The position numbers and the translations under genes are program-made. The notes under the pieces are model-generated. The model searched no databases. It saw only the letters and a program-made list of their open reading frames with translations, and was not told the DNA's origin. Below, piece by piece: positions 29,865 through 40,761 of a stretch of 64,000 bases of DNA. The stretch lies in assembly GCA_965222375.1 (NCBI GenBank), contig CBDCTZ010000016.1, positions 1,504,001-1,568,000 of the forward strand, read 5' to 3'. The DNA comes from Polyangiaceae bacterium (lineage in GTDB: Bacteria > Myxococcota_A > Polyangia > Polyangiales > Polyangiaceae). Position 1 is the stretch's first letter. Every line of letters starts with the position of its first letter.

Positions 29865-30140
29865 GGTTGGTTTTGGGGTCGGTGAGCCGGGCAACGCCTG
29901 GATGAGGCGGAAGCTAGAGGGACGTGAAACAACCCTCATGTTCGGACCGGCCAAGGAGGAACCACTAGTCGGAAGCGAGTCTTGCCAGTCCGGCCCGCCT
30001 GCATCCCGAACGCAGCAAACCCGTACTGCGAGAGGCTGGATGCGGTGGCTCCGGACGTCCAGATCTGTGGGTAGGCCTCGCCGGGCAACCGCCCAGGGCA
30101 CCCGAGCATCCGTGTGGCGCGTCTGGGCCGCTACTCTCGA
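29865..30140 (-). repeat. Dispersed repeat copy R8, halves separated by ~230 bp
   Basis: GTTGGTTTTGGGGTCGG at ~29866-29882 and TGGGCCGCTACTCTCG at 30124-30139. Confidence 0.5.
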
Positions 30141-30299
30141 CGCCTCGAGCCCGGTACCAAGACGATACCTGTCTGGCATAGGGCGATCAACGCGAGGGTG
30201 GCCGAGCGAGCGCCGCGGGCAGATGACCGCAATCATTCCCGGGTACGCACAACCCAGGCAGTGTGGCCCTCATCACTTGCAGCGAGGAAACTGCGCCCT

Positions 30300-30929
30300 G
30301 TGAGCTACTACGATTTCTTTTCCCGGGTGTACGATCTCGCAATTGAGCGCACCTATCGCCCATACCGAAAACAGATTGTCGATGCCCTCGAGCTGTCTCC
30401 CGACAGTCGCGTGCTCGACGTTGCCTGTGGTACTGGACAGAACTTCGACCAACTCGTGGCGGCCCTTGGCGCCGAAGGCAGAGTTGCTGGAGTCGACTTG
30501 TCCAAGGGCATGCTGGATGCGGCCCGCCGCCGAGTCGAACGGCGCGGTTTTCGTCAGATCGAATTGCTCCGAACCGATGTACTGGAGCTCGATATTGCAA
30601 AGCTGAAGCCCCTCTTCGGTGGCAAGCGCCCCGACCGCGTGCTGTGCACGCTGGGCATGACGGTGATCCCCGATTGGGAAGCCGCCGTCGAAAGTGTCCT
30701 GCGGGTGCTCGAACCCGGCGGGCACGTCTTGATCTTCGACATCTACGCTGAGACTCGAGTGCCACAAACCTATGTCGCACGGCTATTTGCTCGAGCCGAT
30801 GTCCGCCGAAAAACCTGGCTGCCTCTCGAACGAAAGAGCATCAACTTCGAGCTGACCCAGCTTCCCGGCTCGCCCCACGTGCACGGCGGGCGCCCGTTCA
30901 TCGCCACGGGTGAAAAACCCGTCGCCTGA
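30300..30929 (+). CDS. Class I SAM-dependent methyltransferase
   Basis: VLDVACGTG, GVDLSKGML, VLEPGG. Confidence 0.88.
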   Translation: MSYYDFFSRVYDLAIERTYRPYRKQIVDALELSPDSRVLDVACGTGQNFDQLVAALGAEGRVAGVDLSKGMLDAARRRVERRGFRQIELLRTDVLELDIAKLKPLFGGKRPDRVLCTLGMTVIPDWEAAVESVLRVLEPGGHVLIFDIYAETRVPQTYVARLFARADVRRKTWLPLERKSINFELTQLPGSPHVHGGRPFIATGEKPVA

Positions 30930-30970
30930 ATGACGCCCGGCCTACAGCTGTGTGTTAGACCGGTTTCGCC

Positions 30971-31480
30971 ATGAGCCACCCACTTGAAGACGTGATGAGG
31001 GAGAGCGAGCCCTTCCTGCTGATTGGCGACTCCTCCGAAGACCGATTCCCCGCCACGTCCTACGATTGCTACGTGAAGGTGGGCAAACCCTTCTACTGCT
31101 TGGATCTTGGAGGTCGTACCGAGTCTCGAGGTCTCAGCAAGGGCTTGAAGGTCTACCCGAAGCTGGAAGACGTGCCCGAGGATCGGGGGGATCTCGCACT
31201 GATCTGGGTGAAGCCGCGGTCAGCGAAACGAGCCGTGGAAGTCGCGCATGAAGCGGGTTGCAAGCGAGTGTGGTTCAGCTTTTCGACTGGGCACCGAGAT
31301 GCCGTGGCCCGCGCCAAGGAGCTCGAGATGGAGGTAGTCGAGATCGGCCGCTGCCCTGCCTATTACTTGAACAAGCAAACCGCGATATGCAAAGCGCACA
31401 CGGTGCTGACCAAGCTGACTGGCACCTACCGCCGCCCGCCGCAGCTCGACGTCGATGCCAAACGTTGCGAGATGTTCTAG
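30971..31480 (+). CDS. CoA-binding domain protein (YccU-like)
   Basis: VYPKLEDVP..DLALI....VWF...VVEIGRC. Confidence 0.75.
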   Translation: MSHPLEDVMRESEPFLLIGDSSEDRFPATSYDCYVKVGKPFYCLDLGGRTESRGLSKGLKVYPKLEDVPEDRGDLALIWVKPRSAKRAVEVAHEAGCKRVWFSFSTGHRDAVARAKELEMEVVEIGRCPAYYLNKQTAICKAHTVLTKLTGTYRRPPQLDVDAKRCEMF

Positions 31481-31511
31481 CCAAGCGCAGCAAGCGTTCG
31501 CGTAAAGGCGG

Positions 31512-33002
31512 TCAACACGAGTGCAGGAAGTGGCTGCGCGGCCGCACAGTCGTCCAGCGCCGTAGGATCTCGGCAGTCTCTTCGTCGCCGGAGGAGAGCT
31601 TGTCGAAGAGGTAGTCCTGGATGCCTTTGTGGACCGCACACAACACGCTTTCGCGCATTCGACCGTGAATCGAGCCCTGGGTCGCGTAGCTGTGCACCGG
31701 GCACACGCCACAGTAGGGGTTGTAGACGCAGGCCACGCAGTCTGGTTGTTGGTCCAGATTGGAGGCGACGACCAGGGAAGCGACGGTGTCATGCTTGACC
31801 AAGTCGCGGTAGCTCGATGACACGTTGCCTATCTGAAACATGTCGTCGCCGGACGCGTGCAACATGCGCCCTTCGTCGCAGGTGAAGATCTTGCCGTCGA
31901 AGTTGTAGGCAAGCTGTCCGATTCCAGCGCCACAAGGAGAGCGGATGTCGACGAAGTTCGGATCCGTATGGGTCAAGATCTTGGTCAGGAAGATCGCGGC
32001 AAAGCGCTCTAACACGTGAGTGCCCGATTTGTTCAGCTCCAGAATGTAGTCCGTCGCTTGGTGGTAGAACTCAAGGTACTCCTGCCTGGGGTACTCGATC
32101 GTTTCACTGGTTTCGCCCGCGAAGCCGAAGGGGTCCACGGGCCGGAGGAATATCGCTCGGCACCCCAAGTTCACGTAGGTGTCCACTATCTCGCGCGGCC
32201 GCTCCAAGGCCGCACGTGTGGTCGTGAGCAACGCCTCTACGTGGTACAGCGACGGATCGAGACCTTCCGCCTGATAGCGCGCATTGATGCGCTCGATCCA
32301 ACGAGCCGCCTCGCCGAAGGAACTTCCCCCAGCCAAGATCCGCTGGCCATCGTGCAGCGCGGCGGGGCCGTCGATGCTGGTGCAGATCTGAACGCGGCGT
32401 GAGAGCAGATAGTCCAACCGCTCCTCGGTCATGAGGGACAGATTGGTCACCAGGGTGAACTCCAACGCCTTTCCGTAGTTGGCGTTGCGCTCGAGGGCAT
32501 ACTCGATGGCGTGTTTCACGACGTTGAAGTTTGCCAGGGGTTCACCGCCTTGGAATTCAATGGTGATCCCGGGCGACGTGGACTGCAGTGCAAGATCGAC
32601 CGAGCGTTCAGCGGTCTCCGAACTCATGTCCGTGTCGGTGCGGTGCATGGGCGCGCGGCTGGCGTGGCAATACACGCAGGTTTCGTTGCAGCGCAGCGTC
32701 ACTACCAACACGTGAAGGTGTGGCCCGTAGCCCAAGAAGCGCTTCTTTTCGCGCAATCGCGCGGAGACCTGCCGTGTGTCTAGTTGATCCGTGAGGAAGT
32801 TCGCTTTGCCCAGCCGCGCTTCGAGCTCCGAGCCAGCAAGGATTTCCCTCGTCATCAATTGCTCGAACTCGGCCTCTGACACGAAAACCCAGTCGCCGAA
32901 GTAGCTCGTGAGCAAATGACGGTCACGGATTCGCCGGGCTCGAAGCGGAACGAGCCGGCGAGACCCACGCCGTTTGCCCAGTTCGACCAGACCTGACGCC
33001 AT
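31512..33002 (-). CDS. hxsB: His-Xaa-Ser system radical SAM/SPASM maturase
   Basis: LHVLVVTLRCNETCVYCHASR, IEFQGGEPL, DIRSPCGAGIGQ, FTCDEGRM, C..C.Y.PYCG.CPV. Confidence 0.88.
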   Translation of the reverse strand: MASGLVELGKRRGSRRLVPLRARRIRDRHLLTSYFGDWVFVSEAEFEQLMTREILAGSELEARLGKANFLTDQLDTRQVSARLREKKRFLGYGPHLHVLVVTLRCNETCVYCHASRAPMHRTDTDMSSETAERSVDLALQSTSPGITIEFQGGEPLANFNVVKHAIEYALERNANYGKALEFTLVTNLSLMTEERLDYLLSRRVQICTSIDGPAALHDGQRILAGGSSFGEAARWIERINARYQAEGLDPSLYHVEALLTTTRAALERPREIVDTYVNLGCRAIFLRPVDPFGFAGETSETIEYPRQEYLEFYHQATDYILELNKSGTHVLERFAAIFLTKILTHTDPNFVDIRSPCGAGIGQLAYNFDGKIFTCDEGRMLHASGDDMFQIGNVSSSYRDLVKHDTVASLVVASNLDQQPDCVACVYNPYCGVCPVHSYATQGSIHGRMRESVLCAVHKGIQDYLFDKLSSGDEETAEILRRWTTVRPRSHFLHSC

Positions 33003-33163
33003 CGTCGAAAGATCTAGCGGACAACGCTGCTGAGCAAGGTGACGGAAGTCAGACCATTGCGGCATTCTCACAATTCGAGTCACCGCGCGAACCGGTTTGC
33101 CCAAGAAGTCATTCTGGAATCGGGTTCTTTCGGGAACGCCGCGCGCGTGATAGGTGCGACATC

Positions 33164-34267
33164 ATGCGTTGGCGGCTGACGAGCAGCGCGGTCGCGGGGG
33201 CTCTGTCGATCCTGGCAGCCTGCGGCTCCCGGTCGGGTCTCACGCTGGGGAGTGGCGGTGCCGCCGACGGACCGGACGGTTCGACACCCGACGGCTCGAT
33301 TCTGGACGCGCGCCGCGACCGCGCCGCCGACGCGCCGCCCGCCAAACGTTGCACGGTAGCGGAGGCGGCGACCTCGAGCGTGCTGGTTGGCGGTGACCTC
33401 CAACCAGCCGCAATCGCTGTGTTGCCTGAGGGAGTGGTTTTCGGTGAATGGCACTTCAACGCCAGCGTGGGATTGGTGCCCTTCGCCGGTGGCAGTTTCT
33501 CATTGCTGGCGGAGAAGCAACCTGCGGTCAACGACCTCGCGACCGATGGTGAGCGGGCGTTTTACGCAGTACACGGATTGGGCAGTAGCGATGGGGCTGT
33601 GTCCGTGGTGGATCCAGGTCAGACCGCCACGGTGCTCGCGCCCGGCCTGGTCCGACCGCAGGCGCTCGCGGTATTCGGTGAGTGGATCTACGTTATCGAC
33701 GGTGAAGGACCCCACGACGAGGGGCGGGTGCTGCGCGTCGCCAAGAGCGGTGGCGCCGAGGTGCTCACCGCGGGTCTTCTGAATCCGGTCGCCATTGCCG
33801 TGGCGTCTCACGGGGTCTACGTGGTCAATCTCACCAACAGTGGCGACTTCGGCGGCATTCTGCGGGTCGGGTTGACGGGCGGCGCACCGACCCCGGTTTG
33901 GAACGGTCTCTACGCGCGACGAACACTTGCAGTCAACGAAGGTGCCCTCTACTTCGCTACCCGTCTCGCCACCAACGCTCTGTTTGTGTTGCCCGTTGGG
34001 GCTGCGGAAGAAACCCCGATAAGGCAGACATCGCTCCAGATCGCGGGGCTTGCGCTAGATGGGCTCGAGCTGTGGTGGATCGAACGGAACTTTCCCGGCG
34101 ATCCCGACTACGGTGAGATCTGGTGGGACGACGGAAACGGCCCAATCGCCGTCACCACTGGCGACTTTCGCCCGCATGCGATTGCGTTTACCGACGACGC
34201 GGTCTTCTTCTCGCACTTCGAGGGCGGTACCGGCGGGATCCGGCGCATCTGCAAGCCACGCCGGTGA
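33164..34267 (+). CDS. Beta-propeller lipoprotein
   Basis: LAACGSRSGL lipobox; P..IAV....VY repeats. Confidence 0.8.
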   Translation: MRWRLTSSAVAGALSILAACGSRSGLTLGSGGAADGPDGSTPDGSILDARRDRAADAPPAKRCTVAEAATSSVLVGGDLQPAAIAVLPEGVVFGEWHFNASVGLVPFAGGSFSLLAEKQPAVNDLATDGERAFYAVHGLGSSDGAVSVVDPGQTATVLAPGLVRPQALAVFGEWIYVIDGEGPHDEGRVLRVAKSGGAEVLTAGLLNPVAIAVASHGVYVVNLTNSGDFGGILRVGLTGGAPTPVWNGLYARRTLAVNEGALYFATRLATNALFVLPVGAAEETPIRQTSLQIAGLALDGLELWWIERNFPGDPDYGEIWWDDGNGPIAVTTGDFRPHAIAFTDDAVFFSHFEGGTGGIRRICKPRR

Positions 34268-34527
34268 CGACCTCCAACGCTCTGCAGCTACCGTAGCGTC
34301 CCGCGCACGCGCCCACCATTTGCGCGGGGAAGAAAACCAAGGGTGTTATTCGCCTTGTCGGCGAATCACCGGCTGTCGAGTTCGGCGCGGTTGTTCAATC
34401 ATCGCGCTGGACAGCCCCGGACGGTGGGCTCTGGATGGAGTGGACGAACCGGCTGCGCGAACGGAAGTCAGCGCTGCAATATTTTCGGCGTTTCATGGCG
34501 GGAGATCCTGCCGGAACGTCCACGGCG

Positions 34528-34543
34528 GGGCACGCGGAATGCA
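34528..34543 (+). promoter_or_regulatory. Candidate sigma54 promoter
   Basis: GGGCACGCGGAATGCA, GG-N10-GC spacing, 18 bp before the kinase ATG. Confidence 0.45.
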
Positions 34544-34561
34544 TGCTCAAACTTGGGGAAC

Positions 34562-36223
34562 ATGACGGACGTCGCGCGGCTCTTGATCAAAGGTACTCAC
34601 GCTGCGGAGCGTGCCCGAGAGCGTGTCGACCGGACGTTGCCCACGGCGGAACTGAACCGGGGCGCTCGCCGTCTGCAATTCGTCGCGCTGCTAATGGCAT
34701 GGGGAGTGGTCGTCGCGCATGCAGACTTGCTCTGGCTACCGCAACGTCGCGTCGCGGAATTGGATCACATCGCACATTGGCTCCCCGACGTGATCAACGT
34801 CGCTGCGTCCCTCGGCATCTTCGCTTTGGCTCGCAGCCGCCGGCTTCCCATAGATTCCTTGTTGCACCTCGGCCTCTTGTACGAGGTCATGGCCGCCTAC
34901 GCGATCGGCTTTGCCCAGTTCTGGAGTGTGTTGCAGGGCATTGACCCGAGCAGCGTCCAAATGCGCTCCGTTGGGTTAGGTTGGGTGGTCGCGTGGGTGA
35001 TCGTTTTCGCAGTCGTGGTCCCCACTCGACCGATACGCACTCTGACTGCCACGCTGCTATCGATCACCAGCGTCCCGGTTGTTGTTGCGTTGTCGATATC
35101 GGCGGGACGAACACCACCCGTCACCCCTGGAACGTTCGTTTCGGCCTTCGTCGTTCCATACTTGATCGCCGCCGTCAGCGCCTACTTCGTGTCCCATGTG
35201 GTCTACCGCCTGGGGAAGGAAGTACAAGAGGCCCAGGAGATGGGCAGCTACAAGCTCGAGTCGGTGATCGGCAAGGGCGGCATGGGTGAAGTTTGGCGTG
35301 CGCGCCACCGCTACCTGGCGCGGGCTGCCGCCATCAAGCTGATTCGCCCGGAGGTGCTCGGCCAAGCACGCGGTGAAACAGTATCGCGCGCCTTGGCCCG
35401 CTTTGAGCGCGAGGCCCAAGCCACGGCTGCGCTCGAATGCCCGCACACCATTAACTTGTACGACTACGGAGCCACCGACGACGGCGGTGTCTACTACGTG
35501 ATGGAGCTGCTGGATGGTGTCGACATGCAGACCTTCGTGTATCGGCACGGACCGCAGCCGCCGGAACGCGTCGTAGAGTGGTTGTGGCAAGCCTGCCAGT
35601 CATTGGAAGAGGCGCACGAAGCTGGGTTGGTGCATCGGGACGTCAAACCCGCCAATCTATTCGTCTGTCGCTACGGCTTGGACCACGACTTCGTCAAAGT
35701 GCTCGACTTCGGTCTAGTGGCCCTCCGCGCGGCGCCCGCAAGCCCGCGGATGACGGCGGATGACACGATCCAGGGAACGCCCGCTTTCATCGCGCCGGAG
35801 ATGGTTACTCAGAAGGAGGGCGTCGACGGTCGTGCCGACATCTACTCCTTGGGTTGCGTGGCCTTCTGGCTGCTCTCGGGTTGCCTGGTTTTCCAGGAGG
35901 ACTCGGTGCTCGAAGTGATGATCGACCACGTGCAGCGGGCTCCACCGCGAGTGGGTGAAGTCTCCGACCTCGAAATCCCGCCTGAGCTCGAACAGCTCGT
36001 GATGGATTGCCTAGAGAAATCCCCAGATGATCGACCACAGAGTGCCGGCGAATTGGCAGAGCGCCTGAAGCGGATCCCATTGAAGGTGAAGTGGACCCCG
36101 CAACGCGCCAAGACTTGGCGCGAGTCGCATCCCGAGCCTCCTGCCAACGTGGATGTGGACCCCGGTGCGCCCACCGCCGCCTCTGACTCGCTCTCGTCTC
36201 TTCCATCCAGGCCGGTGGTGTAG
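34562..36223 (+). CDS. Membrane Ser/Thr protein kinase (N-terminal TMs, C-terminal kinase)
   Basis: GKGGMGEVW, AIK, HRDVKPAN, DFG, GTPAFIAPE. Confidence 0.93.
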   Translation: MTDVARLLIKGTHAAERARERVDRTLPTAELNRGARRLQFVALLMAWGVVVAHADLLWLPQRRVAELDHIAHWLPDVINVAASLGIFALARSRRLPIDSLLHLGLLYEVMAAYAIGFAQFWSVLQGIDPSSVQMRSVGLGWVVAWVIVFAVVVPTRPIRTLTATLLSITSVPVVVALSISAGRTPPVTPGTFVSAFVVPYLIAAVSAYFVSHVVYRLGKEVQEAQEMGSYKLESVIGKGGMGEVWRARHRYLARAAAIKLIRPEVLGQARGETVSRALARFEREAQATAALECPHTINLYDYGATDDGGVYYVMELLDGVDMQTFVYRHGPQPPERVVEWLWQACQSLEEAHEAGLVHRDVKPANLFVCRYGLDHDFVKVLDFGLVALRAAPASPRMTADDTIQGTPAFIAPEMVTQKEGVDGRADIYSLGCVAFWLLSGCLVFQEDSVLEVMIDHVQRAPPRVGEVSDLEIPPELEQLVMDCLEKSPDDRPQSAGELAERLKRIPLKVKWTPQRAKTWRESHPEPPANVDVDPGAPTAASDSLSSLPSRPVV

Positions 36224-36325
36224 CGCCGAAGCGCCATCGAGGGTTCGGAGCGCCTACTCAGTAGGTCCACCAAGTTGTTGGAGGCCACAGTGTTGTGACG
36301 AGGGCGGCGGGGGTAGACTGGCTGC

Positions 36326-38326
36326 GTGGCCCTCGAGCTCCGTCCCGGCGTCGTCATCGCTGATAAACTCCGCCTGTTACGGGAGTTGGGGCATGGCGGC
36401 ATGGGCGTGGTTTGGGCAGCACGGCATGAGGCCCTGGAGACGGATGTCGCCGTCAAACTGATTCATCCGGAGCGGGCTCACAACGATCGATCGCTGATCG
36501 CGCGCTTCGAACGAGAAGCCAAGACGACCGCACGCATCAAGCACCCGCACGTGGTTCACGTGATGGACTTTGGCAGCGTCGACGCCGCGGTGCCCTATAT
36601 CGTGATGGAGCTACTCAGCGGTTTTTCGCTGGCGGAGATGCTCGAGAGCGGCGGCCGGCTCAGTTTGTCGTCGGCGCTGGTGCTGGTGCAACAGGTGGGC
36701 AGTGCTCTTTCGAGCGCCCACGAGCGTGGCGTCGTGCACCGAGACATCAAGCCGCACAACCTCTTCGTGCTCGAAGCGAGTCGGGGCGATCCCCTATTCG
36801 TCAAAGTGCTCGACTTTGGCATTGCCAAAATGCTGTCCGACACCCAGGTGCCCGGGGGCAGTCAAACCTTGACCGAGACCGGCGCGGTGATCGGCTCGCC
36901 GCCCTACATGAGCCCGGAGCAGATCGAGGGCCAGCCGGTGGATCTGCGGACGGACCTGTGGTCCCTCGGCGTCATCATCTACGAGTGTTTGACGGGCCAG
37001 CGCCCCTTTCGCGGTAGTTCCTTTGTCGGCGTCGGTGCTGCGATCCTCAATGGAACCTACCCACCCGCTCGCGAGCTGCGACCCGGCTTGCCCCGGGCAG
37101 TCGAAGATTGGTTTTCCAAGGCGCTCAGTGTCGATCCGGATGCGCGTTTCGCTTCCGCGGCAGAGATGGTTGCGGCTTTCGAGAGCGCTGCTTCAGAGGG
37201 GCCGTCTGCTGCTTCGCAACCCGTTGGCGCGCCAGAAGCACCCGTGTCCGCTCCCTCCGGTTTTGCTCCGACCGTCGATGCGACGCCGTCGCCTGCTTCA
37301 TTGCCGGACAGAACCATCAGCCATCCGCCCATCGCGGCAAAGAGCCCCAATGCTCCCGAGCCGCCCAGAACCACTTCGGAACTAGACGCTTCGACGGACA
37401 GCGCGGTCTCGAGTGAGAGTCGACGGCTAGAGGAGGAGCGGCTGCCGCGCAGAAAGCGTCGCGCCGCCCTCGTGTATGGTGTTCCGGCGTCCGCTGCGGC
37501 GGTCTTGGCGGTGGCCGTGGTCGTCAGCCGCGGTGGTGCATCCGCGGGGTGCCCGGACGGCATGCAGCAGATCCCGACAACGACGTTCCGCGTCGGGTCA
37601 GCACCGGATGGGGAGACCCCGAGCGACGAAGCGCCGCAGCGCCGAGTGACCCTCGACGCGTTCTGTCTCGACAAGCTGGAGGTCACCAATGCTGACTATG
37701 CAAAGTGCACGGACTGCAAGCCATTGCCGCGGAGTGTGCAGGGCGAAGGCCTGACCCCGAACGCGATCACGTTCTGGAGTCAGTTCTGCAACGGACCCGA
37801 TGCGAAAGACCATCCCGTCAACTGCGTGGACCTGCCTCGGGCGAGCGCGTTTTGCGAAGCCCAGGGCAAGCGCCTGCCGACGGAAGCCGAGTGGGAACTC
37901 GCGGCGCGGGGCACCTCCGAGCGCACGTTTCCTTGGGGCGAGGCTGCCCCCTCCAAGCAGCACCTGAATGCCTGCGGCGCCGAGTGCAGCAGCCTGTTGA
38001 CTCAGCGCCTCGAGAAGATCGGACGCGATCCTTGGCCGAGCATGCATGAAGAGAGCGACCAGTCGCCGACGACGGCTCCGGTCGGCCAGCATCCCAAAGG
38101 CGCATCCGAAAGCGGAGTTTTCGACTTGGCGGGCAACGTGTGGGAGTGGACCAGCAGCCACTACTGCCGCTACGACGATCCAGACTGTGGCGACTCGCGC
38201 CGCGTCATCCGGGGCGGCGGCTGGGACACCGTCGAGAGTCAGGATGTTCGCGCTGCTCGCCGGCTGCCTAGCGCTCCTTCTGCTCGCAGTTGGAGTGTTG
38301 GATTCCGCTGCGCGAAGTCGCTCTAG
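36326..38326 (+). CDS. Ser/Thr kinase fused to FGE-sulfatase (SUMF1) domain
   Basis: GHGGMG, HRDIKPHN, DFG; TM; RLPTEAEWE, DLAGNVWEW, GFRC. Confidence 0.93.
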   Translation: MALELRPGVVIADKLRLLRELGHGGMGVVWAARHEALETDVAVKLIHPERAHNDRSLIARFEREAKTTARIKHPHVVHVMDFGSVDAAVPYIVMELLSGFSLAEMLESGGRLSLSSALVLVQQVGSALSSAHERGVVHRDIKPHNLFVLEASRGDPLFVKVLDFGIAKMLSDTQVPGGSQTLTETGAVIGSPPYMSPEQIEGQPVDLRTDLWSLGVIIYECLTGQRPFRGSSFVGVGAAILNGTYPPARELRPGLPRAVEDWFSKALSVDPDARFASAAEMVAAFESAASEGPSAASQPVGAPEAPVSAPSGFAPTVDATPSPASLPDRTISHPPIAAKSPNAPEPPRTTSELDASTDSAVSSESRRLEEERLPRRKRRAALVYGVPASAAAVLAVAVVVSRGGASAGCPDGMQQIPTTTFRVGSAPDGETPSDEAPQRRVTLDAFCLDKLEVTNADYAKCTDCKPLPRSVQGEGLTPNAITFWSQFCNGPDAKDHPVNCVDLPRASAFCEAQGKRLPTEAEWELAARGTSERTFPWGEAAPSKQHLNACGAECSSLLTQRLEKIGRDPWPSMHEESDQSPTTAPVGQHPKGASESGVFDLAGNVWEWTSSHYCRYDDPDCGDSRRVIRGGGWDTVESQDVRAARRLPSAPSARSWSVGFRCAKSL

Positions 38327-39607
38327 CTAGCCCTTCTTCGAGCGTTTGCGCAGTCTGAGAAGCTTGCCCCTCGACACGCCGAGGTTTCTGGCGGCCGCGC
38401 TGACGTTCCCGCCGGTAGCCTCGATCGCAGCCTGGACCCTTTCTTCGGTAAGCACTGCGGTGGCAGCAGCATCGCGCTTGCCGATGGCTTCCTCGAGGCC
38501 CCAGACTCGAAGGCCAGGTTCCGGGTCGGCCCGCCGTGCTGCAGCCAAGGCCGCGTCGAGCTCTCGCACGTTTCCAGGCCAGGGTTCCATCAGCAGGCGC
38601 TCCACCGCCTCGACCTCGACGACGCTCGGAGCGAGGCGTGGGGCGCCAGCGCGCTCGGTCAAGATCTGCGCGATACTGAAGAGATCTTCGCTCCGCTCCC
38701 GAAGCGGTGGCACTCGCACTCGAGCCAGCGCCAGCCGGGCGAACAGATCTCTCCGGAACAGTCCCTCCTCGACCATGTCCTCGAGAGCACGATGGGTTGC
38801 AGCCACAACCAGCACATCGACGGAAATGGGGTGCGCAGCGCCGACCGGCAGTACCTCGCGGTTTTCCAAAAGCCGGAGCAGCTTTGGTTGCAGCTCGAGG
38901 GAGAGCTCGCCGATCTCGTCGAGCACCAATGTGCCGCCGTCGTAGGCTAGCGCCAAGCCCGGCGTAGAATTCTTGGCGCCTGAGAACGCTCCCGCAGCGT
39001 GGCCGAAGAACTGGGATTCGAAAACACCGGCTGCGACCCCGGCAACATTGACGGCGGCGATCGGCTCCGCCCGTTTGCAGGCATGTGCGACGGCACGAGC
39101 GACGAGCTCCTTGCCTGAACCCGTTTCTCCTTCGATCAGTACGTTGCGGGGCTCGTCCCGAGCGATGGCGGCAATGCTTTCTGCCACGCTGCGCAAACCA
39201 AAAGGTCCGGCCAGGTCTCCGACTGGTGGAGCAGGCTCAAAACTGCCGCGAAGCTCGTCGCGGTAGACGAAGATGGTGCTGCCAATTCGAATCGTGGAGC
39301 CAGATTGAATCGTAACCTGGTCCGACGGCGATAGCCGAGCACCGTTCACCCAAGTGCCATTGCGCGAGCCGGCGTCGGCGATTGAAAGCACGCCGCCGGC
39401 GCGATCGATCTTGAGGTGCTTCGTCGAAACCTTCTCGTCTTCCAGACCTGCTCGGAGCAGCCACTCTCGACCCACTACCGAGCCCGAGTCCGGCACGGGC
39501 AGGGCCTCGGGTCGAGGAAACGCACAAACGAAAGCGGGCCGCTTCGCGCCCGGTTTGGGCGGAGACGGCCCGCGATGCTCTACGGTGCTCGCGCTGTCAC
39601 CCGACAT
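38327..39607 (-). CDS. FHA-domain sigma54 enhancer-binding protein
   Basis: GR...S..H...SRNGTWVNG (FHA), [22 protein letters not shown], Fis-type HTH. Confidence 0.92.
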   Translation of the reverse strand: MSGDSASTVEHRGPSPPKPGAKRPAFVCAFPRPEALPVPDSGSVVGREWLLRAGLEDEKVSTKHLKIDRAGGVLSIADAGSRNGTWVNGARLSPSDQVTIQSGSTIRIGSTIFVYRDELRGSFEPAPPVGDLAGPFGLRSVAESIAAIARDEPRNVLIEGETGSGKELVARAVAHACKRAEPIAAVNVAGVAAGVFESQFFGHAAGAFSGAKNSTPGLALAYDGGTLVLDEIGELSLELQPKLLRLLENREVLPVGAAHPISVDVLVVAATHRALEDMVEEGLFRRDLFARLALARVRVPPLRERSEDLFSIAQILTERAGAPRLAPSVVEVEAVERLLMEPWPGNVRELDAALAAARRADPEPGLRVWGLEEAIGKRDAAATAVLTEERVQAAIEATGGNVSAAARNLGVSRGKLLRLRKRSKKG

Positions 39608-39649
39608 GGCTGCGCAAGAGTGCCACGCGACCCATGCCCGACCAAGCCC

Positions 39650-40672
39650 TCAAAACAGAGGCTTGCCGTCCAATCCGCAGCCCGGATCTCCGACCTGGCA
39701 GGTTCCTTCCACGATGGGGATTTCAGCGACCGGGCCAGCGCTGCTCCCGCGTCGCTGGGTGGTCAGCTTCTGGCGGAGTCGGTTCAGGGCAAGCGCGTAC
39801 GCCCGACGGTCGTCTTCGGTCGCCCCCGGGGCTTTGGCGCGCGCTGCGGCACGAGCAGCGTCCTTGGTGGCCTTGGAGCGACGCACGGAGCCGGCCCAGG
39901 CCGCAAGATCGGCGTAGCGGGCATCGAGTTGGCGCAGCTTGCCGAGAGCTAGCCCGCGGGTTTCCAGTCCGTCGAGGGCGCTCGCGAATGTGCGGAGCTG
40001 AGAGTGTGTGGGTGCAGCCTCGTTCACCGCATCCCGGGCGGCTAGAGCCGTCTTGCGTTCGGCCTCCAAGCTCTTCTCGGTGAATCGGGAGACGAGGGTC
40101 CCGTGCCGTCGGTCCAGGGTGCGGAACTGGATGCGCTTGGACTCTTCCCGTTCCTGAAGCAAGGCGGCGTTGCGTCCCGAGAGCTCCTCCGCTGTCTGCT
40201 GGTGGGCTCCAGCTGTCCGGTGGGCTCGATAGGTGCTCGCGCCGCCAACACAAGTCACCAAGGCGAGGGCCGCTACCAACAAGAATTCCCGACGGCGCCG
40301 ACCCGTCGTGCGGCGGACCTGGAGCTCCTGCAACTGGTGGGCGCGCACGGCGTTGTCGCGTTCGAGTTGCGCTTGCGACTCGGCCTGGATTCGCGCCACC
40401 TCCCGGGCGGCTTGCTTGCGGCCAGCTCGTCGTGCCGCCTCGATTCGTTCTTCACGAGCTTTGGCTTCCTCCGCCTCTTGTCGCGCCGCGACCGCAGCTT
40501 GCTCACGTGCCTCGCGCTCGGCCTGAGCCAAAACTTCCGCCGCCTGCTTGCGCTCTCGCTGGACCGCTTGCTCCTGCGCTTCTGCGCGAAGGCGTCCCGA
40601 CTCGATGCGAGACAGCTCCTTCAGGGAGGTCATCACGGAGGTTTCGGTGGTGGCGGGGTGTGGCTTGCTCAT
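39650..40672 (-). CDS. Myxobacterial coiled-coil membrane protein
   Basis: SVMTSLKEL N-terminus, coiled coil, one TM, C-terminal CQVGDPGC; AAGGAG RBS. Confidence 0.75.
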   Translation of the reverse strand: MSKPHPATTETSVMTSLKELSRIESGRLRAEAQEQAVQRERKQAAEVLAQAEREAREQAAVAARQEAEEAKAREERIEAARRAGRKQAAREVARIQAESQAQLERDNAVRAHQLQELQVRRTTGRRRREFLLVAALALVTCVGGASTYRAHRTAGAHQQTAEELSGRNAALLQEREESKRIQFRTLDRRHGTLVSRFTEKSLEAERKTALAARDAVNEAAPTHSQLRTFASALDGLETRGLALGKLRQLDARYADLAAWAGSVRRSKATKDAARAAARAKAPGATEDDRRAYALALNRLRQKLTTQRRGSSAGPVAEIPIVEGTCQVGDPGCGLDGKPLF

Positions 40673-40703
40673 GTTGGGCTCCTTGTTCGTTACCCAGACC
40701 CTT

Positions 40704-40719
40704 TGCAGCCACCGTGCCG
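40704..40719 (-). promoter_or_regulatory. Sigma54 -24/-12 promoter
   Basis: CGGCACGGTGGCTGCA, GG-N10-GC, 31 bp upstream of the ATG at 40672. Confidence 0.65.
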
Positions 40720-40761
40720 GGGATATTTCAGGGGTTTTTCGGGCCCAAACACATGTTTTCA

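Noticed and set aside
37550..38326. FGE-sulfatase domain as a DGR target
   Set aside because: No reverse transcriptase and no second copy of the 3' region seen in the window.
39608..39626. Sigma54 promoter directly upstream of the EBP gene
   Set aside because: TGGCAC is present but GG-to-GC spacing is not 10 nt, and it is too close to the ATG.
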